Shown in pieces: positions 39,033 to 47,348 of a DNA stretch of 64,000 bases; within the stretch, counting starts at the first letter, position 1, and each line of letters opens with the position of its first letter. Below the pieces are notes generated by a model that ran no database searches, was not told where the DNA came from, and saw only the letters and a program-made list of their open reading frames with translations. The DNA is from a bacterium (GTDB taxonomy: Bacteria; Margulisbacteria; Marinamargulisbacteria; SXXA01). The DNA is taken from the NCBI GenBank assembly GCA_947465765.1, contig CANIAP010000005.1, positions 11,860-75,859 of the forward strand, written 5' to 3'. The position numbers and the translations under genes were made by a program.

Positions 39033-39761
39033 TTACTCCTTTAAAAACTCTGTCAATAATGCCTGGTCCTCAACCGATGGTGAGTTCCTGGCGAACAAAC
39101 TTGGATTGTTGAGCAACGTTACTCCCAGAGACTGCTGACGCTTCCACGTTGCAATTTTCTGATGATGACCACTTAATAAAATATCAGGAACTGGCATATT
39201 TTGGAATACCCTGGGCTGGGCATATTGTGGATGTTCTAAGAGGCCACAAACAAACGAATCTTCGGAAATACAGGCTGGATCGCCAATTACCCCTGGAATC
39301 AGGCGGCAGACTGACTCTGCCAGCGCAATGGCGGCGGCATCCCCCGAGGATAAAATAACCTCGCCCAATGAAAATCGATGCACAGGGAGTAGTTTAAACA
39401 ACCGCTCATCAACCCCCTCGTAGAATCCGGAGAGAATTATAAGTGGACGATCGGCCTCATGAATGTCTGTTGCCATCCCTTGGGATAACGGGCGCCCCTT
39501 CGGACAGGTGTAATAGAGTAACGCGTCGGTATAATCTGGAATCGAGGTGATGGCATTGTAGAGGACGTCGATTCGGAGAAGCATCCCTCGTTTACCCCCA
39601 AACGGAGGCTCGTCCACTTGCCCATGACGATTGATAGCAAAATCACGAAGCTGAATAAAAACAGGGTCGATTAATCCTGCCGTAATCGCTTTTTGAATGA
39701 GTCCTTTGCAAAAGAACCGTCGTAACTCATCGGGAAAGAGCGTTAAAAAATAGAGCTTCAT
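39033..39761 (-). CDS. trmD: tRNA (guanine37-N1)-methyltransferase
   Basis: SPOUT/TrmD motifs (LSGFYEGVDERL, SLGEVILSSGDAAAIAL, LLSGHHQKIATWKRQQSL). Confidence 0.93.
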   Translation of the reverse strand: MKLYFLTLFPDELRRFFCKGLIQKAITAGLIDPVFIQLRDFAINRHGQVDEPPFGGKRGMLLRIDVLYNAITSIPDYTDALLYYTCPKGRPLSQGMATDIHEADRPLIILSGFYEGVDERLFKLLPVHRFSLGEVILSSGDAAAIALAESVCRLIPGVIGDPACISEDSFVCGLLEHPQYAQPRVFQNMPVPDILLSGHHQKIATWKRQQSLGVTLLNNPSLFARNSPSVEDQALLTEFLKE

Positions 39762-39771
39762 TCCTGAAGAA

Positions 39772-40284
39772 CTATACGGTTTCGGAGGTGGCTACGGGGG
39801 TTATTTTTTGGACAATCCCGTCTTTAAGAATGATTTCCATTCCGCCTAATTTCTCGTAGAGGTTGTCGCCTTCTGATACCGATACAAATCCGTCAACCGT
39901 CCCCTGTAAAAACAGGGATTCAAGCTTGAGATCATTAATTGCATCCATCCGTGTTTGCTGGTCTTTTATCGTTGCATCGAGTTGGATTTTCTCAGCTTCT
40001 AGTTGCTGAAGAAGGGCTTGTCGACCGATGTTGTCGGTAGATGCCAATCGATCCAACTGAGGGATTTGCTGATTAATGAGTATTGTCCGTTGTTCAGCTG
40101 ATCGAATAGATTCATTCAGTTCGAATACCATGTAAGACTTGAATTTCTCGGTGACAACCACTTTGATTGTGACCGTTCTTTTTAGGGTAACCGATCGATT
40201 ACCACTGGCAGCGGTTTTAGCCGCCGATTTTATAGATTCATCTAATTTGGGAGTAGACATAATTTTTTCAGTTTCTCTTATCAT
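39772..40284 (-). CDS. ylqD: YlqD-family protein (not RimM)
   Basis: It occupies the rpsP-KH-[x]-trmD slot. VTIKVVVTEKFK..., a coiled-coil middle, and a C-terminal ..LFLQGTVDGFVSVSEGDNLYEKLGGMEIILKDGIVQKI match the YlqD pattern known from the Bacillus ylqC-ylqD-rimM-trmD operon. It lacks RimM-type motifs. An alternative ATG lies at 40260. Confidence 0.65.
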   Translation of the reverse strand: MIRETEKIMSTPKLDESIKSAAKTAASGNRSVTLKRTVTIKVVVTEKFKSYMVFELNESIRSAEQRTILINQQIPQLDRLASTDNIGRQALLQQLEAEKIQLDATIKDQQTRMDAINDLKLESLFLQGTVDGFVSVSEGDNLYEKLGGMEIILKDGIVQKITPVATSETV

Positions 40285-40513
40285 TCGTCATGATTTCAAC
40301 TGTGACACGTCGATTATTTTTTGCGGCAGCCGCTTTCGCTACCGTTCGTATGGCGTTCGCGATCCGACCTTCCTTGCCGATGACTTTTCCAACATCATCA
40401 GGAGCCACTCGAATCTCTAACACCGTAACGCTTTCTCCCGCTGTTTCACCAACAACGACCTGGTCTGGAGAATCGACCAGGGAACAAACAATATTTTCTA
40501 CCAGATTTTTCAT
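40268..40513 (-). CDS. KH-domain RNA-binding protein (YlqC/UPF0109 family)
   Basis: 81 aa with the GXXG loop VGKVIGKEGRIANAIRTV. Canonical position after rpsP. Confidence 0.85.
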   Translation of the reverse strand: MKNLVENIVCSLVDSPDQVVVGETAGESVTVLEIRVAPDDVGKVIGKEGRIANAIRTVAKAAAAKNNRRVTVEIMTNDKRN

Positions 40514-40553
40514 CTGAAATCACCCAAAATCGGAGTATTCACAGAAACCAGTC

Positions 40554-40856
40554 TTACGCTTTTTTACGGTCTTTTTTAGAAACACCAGGAGTTGCAGAAA
40601 TCCGCTTCACCTGAGGTATCACGCCTTGTGCGCCAAGGAGTCGTTGAACTGGATCACTGGGCTGAGCGCCAACAGATAACCAATATTTCACACGATCCTC
40701 ATTAAAACTAAATGCGATAGGCTGAGCTGTAGGATTGTACAACCCTACTACTTCAATCGCTTGTCCGCTCCGCGCGTCGCGGCTATCGGCAACAACCACT
40801 CGATATACTGGTTGTTTTTTCTTCCCTTGTCGTTTAAGTCGAATTCTAATGGCCAA
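40554..40856 (-). CDS. rpsP: 30S ribosomal protein S16
   Basis: MAIRIRLKRQGKKKQPVYRVVVADSRDARSG..IE.VGLYNP is the canonical S16 N-terminus. Confidence 0.95.
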   Translation of the reverse strand: MAIRIRLKRQGKKKQPVYRVVVADSRDARSGQAIEVVGLYNPTAQPIAFSFNEDRVKYWLSVGAQPSDPVQRLLGAQGVIPQVKRISATPGVSKKDRKKA

Positions 40857-40900
40857 ATGTCACCTCTGAACAAAATTCATAAAATTTGTTGTGTATTTTT

Positions 40901-40930
40901 TTGAAAGGCTATTATATCCACGAAACAAAT
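40901..40930 (-). promoter_or_regulatory. Candidate sigma70-type promoter of the rpsP operon
   Basis: On the minus strand: TTGTCA (40930-40925), an 18-nt spacer, then TATAAT (40906-40901), about 45 nt upstream of the rpsP ATG. Confidence 0.5.
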
Positions 40931-40963
40931 TCTCTGACAACATAAAAGATGTAATTTTGTTGG

Positions 40964-41737
40964 CTACACCAAACGAAGTTGGTTCACTAAAGAAGGATTT
41001 GTTGCCAATCCCTCGCCGATTAAAACAGCCGAAAATTCTTCAGACGCCAATGTTTTTAGGTCCTCTATCGACTGATAACCACTCTCCGCGACGACGGGTA
41101 AATTGGGTCGAATACCCCGAATTTTTTGATTGAGGTTTTGGGCATGGGTAATATCGATTTCAAAGGTTTTTAGGTTTCGATTGTTAATTCCAATCATGTC
41201 AACGCCAGAAATTTGTAGGGCAACGTCGAGTTCCTCATCGGTGTGGATTTCTAGGAGCACGTCCAAGTCGAGGAAATGTGCGGCCTCAATAAGCTGGTGA
41301 CAGAGCATCGGATTTAAGATCGCTTGAATTAGCAATATTGCGTCGGCACCCAATTCGGCGGATTCAATGATTTGGATGGGATCTATAATAAATTCCTTGC
41401 GTAAGATCGGAATCGCGACGAATGGTCGAATATCGGATATATACGCAGGACTGCCCCGAAAATAGGGGCCATCGGTCAATACAGATAATGCGCCTGCGCC
41501 TGATTTTTCGAATTGAATGGCGAGTGCCACGGGGTCAAAGTCAGTGCGGATGACGCCTCGGGATGGGGATGCTTTTTTGACCTCGGCAATGACGGTCAAT
41601 CCCTCGGCCTTGATTGCGTTTAAAAACCGCCGCCGCCGGGGAATCGGATGTTCCGGGAAGACGAGTTCAGGGCGACATCGTTTGAGCTCAGCTATTTCTT
41701 GCCGCTTTGTTGTAACGATTCGATCTAAAATTGTCAT
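40964..41737 (-). CDS. trpC: Indole-3-glycerol phosphate synthase
   Basis: IAEVKKASPSRG, LRKEFIIDPIQI, IGINNRNLKTF, ESGYQS. ATGA-type overlap with cysE. No other trp genes are in the window. Confidence 0.9.
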   Translation of the reverse strand: MTILDRIVTTKRQEIAELKRCRPELVFPEHPIPRRRRFLNAIKAEGLTVIAEVKKASPSRGVIRTDFDPVALAIQFEKSGAGALSVLTDGPYFRGSPAYISDIRPFVAIPILRKEFIIDPIQIIESAELGADAILLIQAILNPMLCHQLIEAAHFLDLDVLLEIHTDEELDVALQISGVDMIGINNRNLKTFEIDITHAQNLNQKIRGIRPNLPVVAESGYQSIEDLKTLASEEFSAVLIGEGLATNPSLVNQLRLV

Positions 41738-42651
41738 GGTTGGGGTTTTTGTATTCGACCGGATTTGATGAGTTGTTGGTAATCAGATGAGAGAGAGATC
41801 TTGGAATTTTCTGGAATGGATTGGGTAATCCACACGTTTCCACCGATGATGGAATTGGACCCAATTTGGGTGTCGCCCCCTAAAATCGTGGTTTCTGCGT
41901 ATACGACAATATGGTCACCCAACGTGGGGTGTCGTTTTGTCGTGGATTTGGATTTGGGAACACTCAATGCGCCCAGAGTAACACCTTGGTACAGTTTGAC
42001 GTTGTGGCCGATGTCAGACGTCTCTCCGATGACGATCCCCGTGCCGTGGTCAATACAAAAGGAGGGGCCGATCGTTGCGCCGGGATGAATATCGATTCCA
42101 GTTTCACTATGGGCAATTTCCGTCATCATTCGTGGCATCAATGGGATGTCTCGTTTATATAAAAAATGAGCAATTCGGTAAGTCGTAGTGGCTTGAAATC
42201 CAGGATATGACAAAATGATTTCAGCTTCACTTTTTGCGGCGGGATCTCCGTTATAGGTGGCTTTGACATCTTTCTTTAACAGGGTTCGCAGCGTCGGGAT
42301 ATAGTCGAAAAAGTCCGACGTCACTTCCTTGGCGATTTGTCGGGTTTCGGATGGATTGACGACATTCTGAGATTCTTTGGCCGACCACACCAGAATTTTG
42401 CTGATTTCAGCACACAATGACTCCGCGGCGGTCACGATTTTTTGTCCGATGACGTACTGGAGATTGATATTGTTAATCGGCGTAGTATCAAAGTATCCCG
42501 GAAACAAAATTTCCTTCAGCATCGTTAAGATATGCTGAACACTATTACGTGAGGGGAGGTGATCACCGTCGGTGAAACTAATGCCGCCGATTTCCTGATA
42601 TGAATCAAGAATTGCCTGAATTTGGAGTGCGAGGTGCTGAGAATCTGTCAT
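41734..42651 (-). CDS. cysE: Serine O-acetyltransferase (long form)
   Basis: N-terminal SATase helical domain and a hexapeptide region DIHPGATIGPSFCIDHGTGIVIGETSDIGHNVKLYQGVTLG. Confidence 0.85.
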   Translation of the reverse strand: MTDSQHLALQIQAILDSYQEIGGISFTDGDHLPSRNSVQHILTMLKEILFPGYFDTTPINNINLQYVIGQKIVTAAESLCAEISKILVWSAKESQNVVNPSETRQIAKEVTSDFFDYIPTLRTLLKKDVKATYNGDPAAKSEAEIILSYPGFQATTTYRIAHFLYKRDIPLMPRMMTEIAHSETGIDIHPGATIGPSFCIDHGTGIVIGETSDIGHNVKLYQGVTLGALSVPKSKSTTKRHPTLGDHIVVYAETTILGGDTQIGSNSIIGGNVWITQSIPENSKISLSSDYQQLIKSGRIQKPQP

Positions 42652-42655
42652 AATC

Positions 42656-44443
42656 TCACTTTACCGTATTTTCTAGCTCTTTCAAAAGAGACTCCATTGC
42701 GAGGATTCCCTTGCGCCAAAATTGGGCGTCGCGAAGGTCGAATCCGGCAATCGCTACAATATCGTAGGGACTAGCTGAGCTTCCGGCGGTGAGCATGGCT
42801 TTGTATTTTGGGATAAATGCAGCACCTTCTTCTTTATAGAGTTGGTATAATGCCATGACGAGCAAGTTCCCAAAGTTATAGCTAAATACGTAGAAAGGGG
42901 AGTCGATGATATGGGGAATCGAGGCCCATTCCCATCGGTACTCAGGGGTGATTCGGACGCTATTTCCAAACATTTTTTGGAGCTCGATTTCATACAGGTT
43001 GCAGAGTTCAGGCGCACTCAATAATCCGTCCGTGATTCGGTCATGAATGGCCATTTCAAACCGAGAAAACATGTTTTGGCGATGACTGGTCGCAAACATA
43101 TCTTCGAGTTTGTGGGTGAGGAGAGACTGTCGTTCTTTGATGTCTGTGGTTTCGGTCAATAATTTATCGGTGATGATCATTTCGGAAAAGACACTGGCCG
43201 TTTCAGCTAATGGCAAAATAGGGTGATAATAAAACAAATGTTGTTTGGCGCAATACATGTCATGTATGGCATGACCGAGTTCGTGCGCAAGTGTTGCAAT
43301 GTCGGACGGACGGCCTTGAAAATTAAGAAAAACGTAGGGGTCAACATCGGGTGTAGAGGATGAACAGTACGCTCCGCCCCGTTTGTTCGGGAGGACTGGC
43401 GCATCAATACGGCGTTGATCAAACATCCGTTGGGCGAATGCGTGGATTTCGGGATCAAACCGCTTGAATCCGTCTAACACAATTTCTTGAGCCTGTTCCC
43501 AGGTATATAGTTGGGAGCTGTCCGGGAGGGGGGCATAGATGTCGGCAAGCGTGAGTTCATCTAGCCCAAGAAGTTTGCGCTTCAGTTCGTAATATCGATG
43601 AACCAACGGGTACGATTCTTCGGTGATGGTGTGAAGGGTTTGGATGGTGGCTTCGTCGAGATCTTTACCTACTAATTTCGTCGTGATGGGACTGGCAAAT
43701 CCCCGAAGTTTTCGTTCAATATTGAAGTCTTTGACGATGTTGTTGAAAATGGATGAGAAAATGATCTGATTTTCTTCGTATTTTGCGAAGAATAATTTCA
43801 TTGCCGCCCGGCGGACTTCGGGATTTTTATGCTGACGTAGCGCGCGCAATTGGCTGCCGTTGAGCGATTTTTTCTCGCCATCGACTTCAAGTTCGAATCG
43901 ATAGGATGCAGTGATGTCGCCGTATAATTTTCTTAATCCTTCGACGCCGGTCAGGTCTTTAAGATTGGCGAGTTGTTCTTCTTTTTCCGAAAGATTAAAT
44001 TGAGCTGTTTTTTCGGTCAGTATCAGATCGTATCGGTAGTCTGATAGGGCGGGGTCGTTGGCCAACTTTTGAAGCTGTTCTGCGGGAAATGTGGCCAATT
44101 CAAGCCCAAAAAATACGAGTAAATTACCAATTTCAGATTCGTCTTCATCGATCTTGGAGACAAAGGCTTTGACGGCGTCATCGGAGGTGTCTACGGAATA
44201 GACTAAGTGGGCATACTGGCTCAGCTTGTAGAGTGGCGTCATGATGATTTCGAGTTCTTTAAACCCAGTGGCCAGTTGAGCGGGGGACAGTGTCGCAAGT
44301 TTACCCTTATATAGGGCCACGAAATCGTTTGAGCGGGTACGTGCAGAGTTTAAAAGTGGAGTGATCGTGGGGTCATCGATTCCTGAGAATAAATCGGATA
44401 GATCCCACCGAATAGTATCGGCGGTGACGACAGTAGATGTCAT
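42656..44443 (-). CDS. pepF: Oligoendopeptidase F family metallopeptidase (M3B)
   Basis: 595 aa with zinc motif HELGHAIH and the downstream E in ...LAETASVFSE. Confidence 0.9.
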   Translation of the reverse strand: MTSTVVTADTIRWDLSDLFSGIDDPTITPLLNSARTRSNDFVALYKGKLATLSPAQLATGFKELEIIMTPLYKLSQYAHLVYSVDTSDDAVKAFVSKIDEDESEIGNLLVFFGLELATFPAEQLQKLANDPALSDYRYDLILTEKTAQFNLSEKEEQLANLKDLTGVEGLRKLYGDITASYRFELEVDGEKKSLNGSQLRALRQHKNPEVRRAAMKLFFAKYEENQIIFSSIFNNIVKDFNIERKLRGFASPITTKLVGKDLDEATIQTLHTITEESYPLVHRYYELKRKLLGLDELTLADIYAPLPDSSQLYTWEQAQEIVLDGFKRFDPEIHAFAQRMFDQRRIDAPVLPNKRGGAYCSSSTPDVDPYVFLNFQGRPSDIATLAHELGHAIHDMYCAKQHLFYYHPILPLAETASVFSEMIITDKLLTETTDIKERQSLLTHKLEDMFATSHRQNMFSRFEMAIHDRITDGLLSAPELCNLYEIELQKMFGNSVRITPEYRWEWASIPHIIDSPFYVFSYNFGNLLVMALYQLYKEEGAAFIPKYKAMLTAGSSASPYDIVAIAGFDLRDAQFWRKGILAMESLLKELENTVK

Positions 44444-44522
44444 AGTAAAGTCCTCTCAAATCAAAAAAATGGATACGTCAAATTTACATCATTATACGTC
44501 ATTTTTCGATCTCGCGTTATAG

Positions 44523-45608
44523 ATGATACAATCCCGAATTATGAAAAAAAGAGTGTTGGTTGGAATGAGTGGTGGGGTGGATTCTTCCGTAACGGCGGCG
44601 TTGCTTCAACGGCGGGGATACGATGTCATCGGAATTACCATGCAATTGCTTCCTAAGGAACAGGAAAAACAATCGGCTTGTTGTAACTTAGATGCGGTCT
44701 GCGATGCCCAACGAGTGGCGGGGAAGTTGGGGATTCCCCATTACGTCATCAATATCCGAGATACGTTTAAAGCGAAAGTCATAGACTATTTTGTCGATCA
44801 GTATGTCAGTGGGTATACCCCCAACCCGTGTGTGGAGTGTAACCGACATATTAAATTTGATGAAATACGTCGGGTGGGGATTGAAATGGGGACGGAATAT
44901 GTGGCGACGGGCCATTATGTGCGCCGGGTTTTTAATCCGAGAACCCGCCAGTTTACCCTGCGTAAAGCCAAAGATATGGGCAAAGACCAAAGCTATTTTC
45001 TCTATATGTTGTCCGCTGAAAATTTGGCAAAAACGATATTCCCTTTAGGGGATTTTCATAAAAGTGAAGTGCGCCAAATGGCCGAGTCGATGGGACTACT
45101 AAACGCGCAAAAGCCGGATAGCCAAGAAATTTGTTTTGTCACCAAGGGAACCTACAAGCAGTTTGTGGAAGAACAATTGGGATCTGTACCCGTCTTGGGC
45201 GGACCCATTGTCGATTTAGAGGGAAATATACTCGGTCAGCATGACGGGATTCATCATTTTACGATTGGGCAACGGAAAGGGATTGGAATTTCGTCCCCCG
45301 AGCCGTTGTATGTCGTGAGAATTAGCCCGTTTAATCGCCAGGTTACTGTTGGGCCCAAGGGTGCTCTGAAGTCGAGTACGGTCCAGTTGCATACGACGTC
45401 GTTGATTAACTCTACGGAATCCGTCATTGGTAAATCCTTTTCCATGAAGATGCGGTATCAGATGGTACCTTTTGAGATTGTGATTCAGTCTTGGGAAGAG
45501 GGTCGTGCTCAGATCGAGTGCCAAGTCCCCCAAGAATTCACCTCGCCAGGTCAGTCGGGGGTTATTTACGACGGTACCCGCGTGGTCGGTGGCGGCGTAA
45601 TCGCCTAA
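44523..45608 (+). CDS. mnmA: tRNA-specific 2-thiouridylase
   Basis: PP-loop VGMSGGVDSS, catalytic Cys context (PNPCVECN), and DSQEICF. An alternative ATG at 44541 gives MKKRVLVGMSGG. Confidence 0.93.
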   Translation: MIQSRIMKKRVLVGMSGGVDSSVTAALLQRRGYDVIGITMQLLPKEQEKQSACCNLDAVCDAQRVAGKLGIPHYVINIRDTFKAKVIDYFVDQYVSGYTPNPCVECNRHIKFDEIRRVGIEMGTEYVATGHYVRRVFNPRTRQFTLRKAKDMGKDQSYFLYMLSAENLAKTIFPLGDFHKSEVRQMAESMGLLNAQKPDSQEICFVTKGTYKQFVEEQLGSVPVLGGPIVDLEGNILGQHDGIHHFTIGQRKGIGISSPEPLYVVRISPFNRQVTVGPKGALKSSTVQLHTTSLINSTESVIGKSFSMKMRYQMVPFEIVIQSWEEGRAQIECQVPQEFTSPGQSGVIYDGTRVVGGGVIA

Positions 45609-46553
45609 TTAGGGAACTAATTTAAGCAGTCGAAGGATGATGATCAACGCCGGTAACGTGGCCAAGGACGTGAGGGTGCATGCGGCAATGATCCAACTGG
45701 TCATTTCGGTGTCCGAATGGAACCGTTTGGCCAAGATATAGCTTGCGGTTGCGGTGGGAGTTGCCGCAAATAAAGCAATCGACGCCAGGTCGAGCCCTCG
45801 GATTCCGGCGAAGACCGCGAAACCGACTACGATGATCGGCATGATGATCAGTTTTAAAATGATGGTAACCCCACCCGCCCAAATATGGTCCCGAATTCTA
45901 GAAAATTGGATTGATGCGCCGACTGCAATCAGAGCGAGGGGTAAGGTCAGCGCCGAAATGTCGTGAGCGGCGTGGAGAATAAACAATGGGATCGGTGGTT
46001 TAAACCAAATAAGGGGAACGACGGCCAACGATAAGACCATGGGATTCATAATGATGGTTTTGATGATCGGTCCCCGTTTTGTGTTTCCTTTGTCGGGGGC
46101 ATATTTGGATAACACGAGTACCGAAGTCACGTTGTTGATGGGGATGGTGGCCACCATCAGTAATGTGGCGTTGAGTAGGCCTGCGTGGCCAAACAGGGTA
46201 TTTATTAAATAGAGGCCTATGGCCGCAAAATTACTTCGAGTGGCCCCTTGGAACATGGCTCCGATTGCGGCTTTCGTGGGTGCTATTTTACGGACAACCA
46301 ACCAGGAAACGAGGCAATGGATAACAGTTGCAATAACGCAGACGGCGATTTGTCGTGTGGGAAATACTTGGGAGGAATCCACTTCGTAAAATTTGACGGT
46401 GATCATGACGGGTAGGGCGACAAAGAACACAAGGCGTGAGGCTTCGTTCAGAAATCGATGGGTAACCACTCCGGTCCGCTGGACGATCCACCCACAAAAC
46501 ATGATCACAAAGCTAGGAAGGATTGCATTGAGCGTCGTAATAACCGAAATCAT
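45609..46553 (-). CDS. AEC (auxin efflux carrier) family permease
   Basis: 314-aa polytopic membrane protein with roughly 10 hydrophobic segments in two halves, which resembles the AEC family in architecture. The assignment is by overall pattern only. Confidence 0.7.
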   Translation of the reverse strand: MISVITTLNAILPSFVIMFCGWIVQRTGVVTHRFLNEASRLVFFVALPVMITVKFYEVDSSQVFPTRQIAVCVIATVIHCLVSWLVVRKIAPTKAAIGAMFQGATRSNFAAIGLYLINTLFGHAGLLNATLLMVATIPINNVTSVLVLSKYAPDKGNTKRGPIIKTIIMNPMVLSLAVVPLIWFKPPIPLFILHAAHDISALTLPLALIAVGASIQFSRIRDHIWAGGVTIILKLIIMPIIVVGFAVFAGIRGLDLASIALFAATPTATASYILAKRFHSDTEMTSWIIAACTLTSLATLPALIIILRLLKLVP

Positions 46554-46622
46554 TTGGGTGCTGAGTATACTCTTCGCCTTGAGGCAATGGTCAACTAATC
46601 GCTGGTTCCGTATACTCGGGGT

Positions 46623-47348
46623 ATGCGAATGTCTTTTTTGTTGAGGGAAGCGTTATCTGTCGTCCGTAAGGATAAATTGGTAATGGTTCCCGCTGTATTT
46701 TTTTTCGTGACAATGGGACTTCTGGAGGCTAAGGGCTTCCGATTTGCCAGCCAGATGACGACCTTAGCCCCGTCTCGTGGTCAGATCTTTTATTTTCTTG
46801 CGACCACAGTCTGTTCAGAGTTAATCGTCAAAAACCTAACGATTGCGTGGGCGGGGCAGGTGATTCAATCTGGCCGGGTCATTGTCGGGGTTCGATCATT
46901 TAGGGCCTTACTACTCAGGGCGATGCATTTACTCTTTGCGCTGGGTGTCTTAATTATTCCTGCCCTGGTCGCGGGTGCCGGAGTCGCTAAATTAGGGGTT
47001 CATATTGGCAATCCAGTTCTCGCTATTTTGGTGGTGATTTCGCTGATTTTGTGGTTTTTTACCCAATTTTCATCTCAGTTTATTATTTTTGAGTCCGAGA
47101 AATTTTGGAATGGATTGTTGAAGTCGATCTTTTTTGTTCGATTTAATCCGTGGGTATCGATGGCGGTATTTAGTCTTGGGCTGGTCCTGGTACTCTTGGC
47201 GGCCATGGTTGGGGCGATGATCAATGAGATTCCCATCGTTGGCCATGTTGGATTTGCGATTATTGAGGGAATTGGGACCAGTTTGATGGTTACCGTCCAA
47301 ACGGTGGCATTTGCGGTGGTCCGGGCCAAGTATTCAACAACGGTTTAA
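46623..47348 (+). CDS. Hypothetical integral membrane protein
   Basis: 241-aa ORF with about 5-6 hydrophobic helices and no recognisable motif. Its stop shares a TTAA with the convergent nadB. Confidence 0.6.
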   Translation: MRMSFLLREALSVVRKDKLVMVPAVFFFVTMGLLEAKGFRFASQMTTLAPSRGQIFYFLATTVCSELIVKNLTIAWAGQVIQSGRVIVGVRSFRALLLRAMHLLFALGVLIIPALVAGAGVAKLGVHIGNPVLAILVVISLILWFFTQFSSQFIIFESEKFWNGLLKSIFFVRFNPWVSMAVFSLGLVLVLLAAMVGAMINEIPIVGHVGFAIIEGIGTSLMVTVQTVAFAVVRAKYSTTV

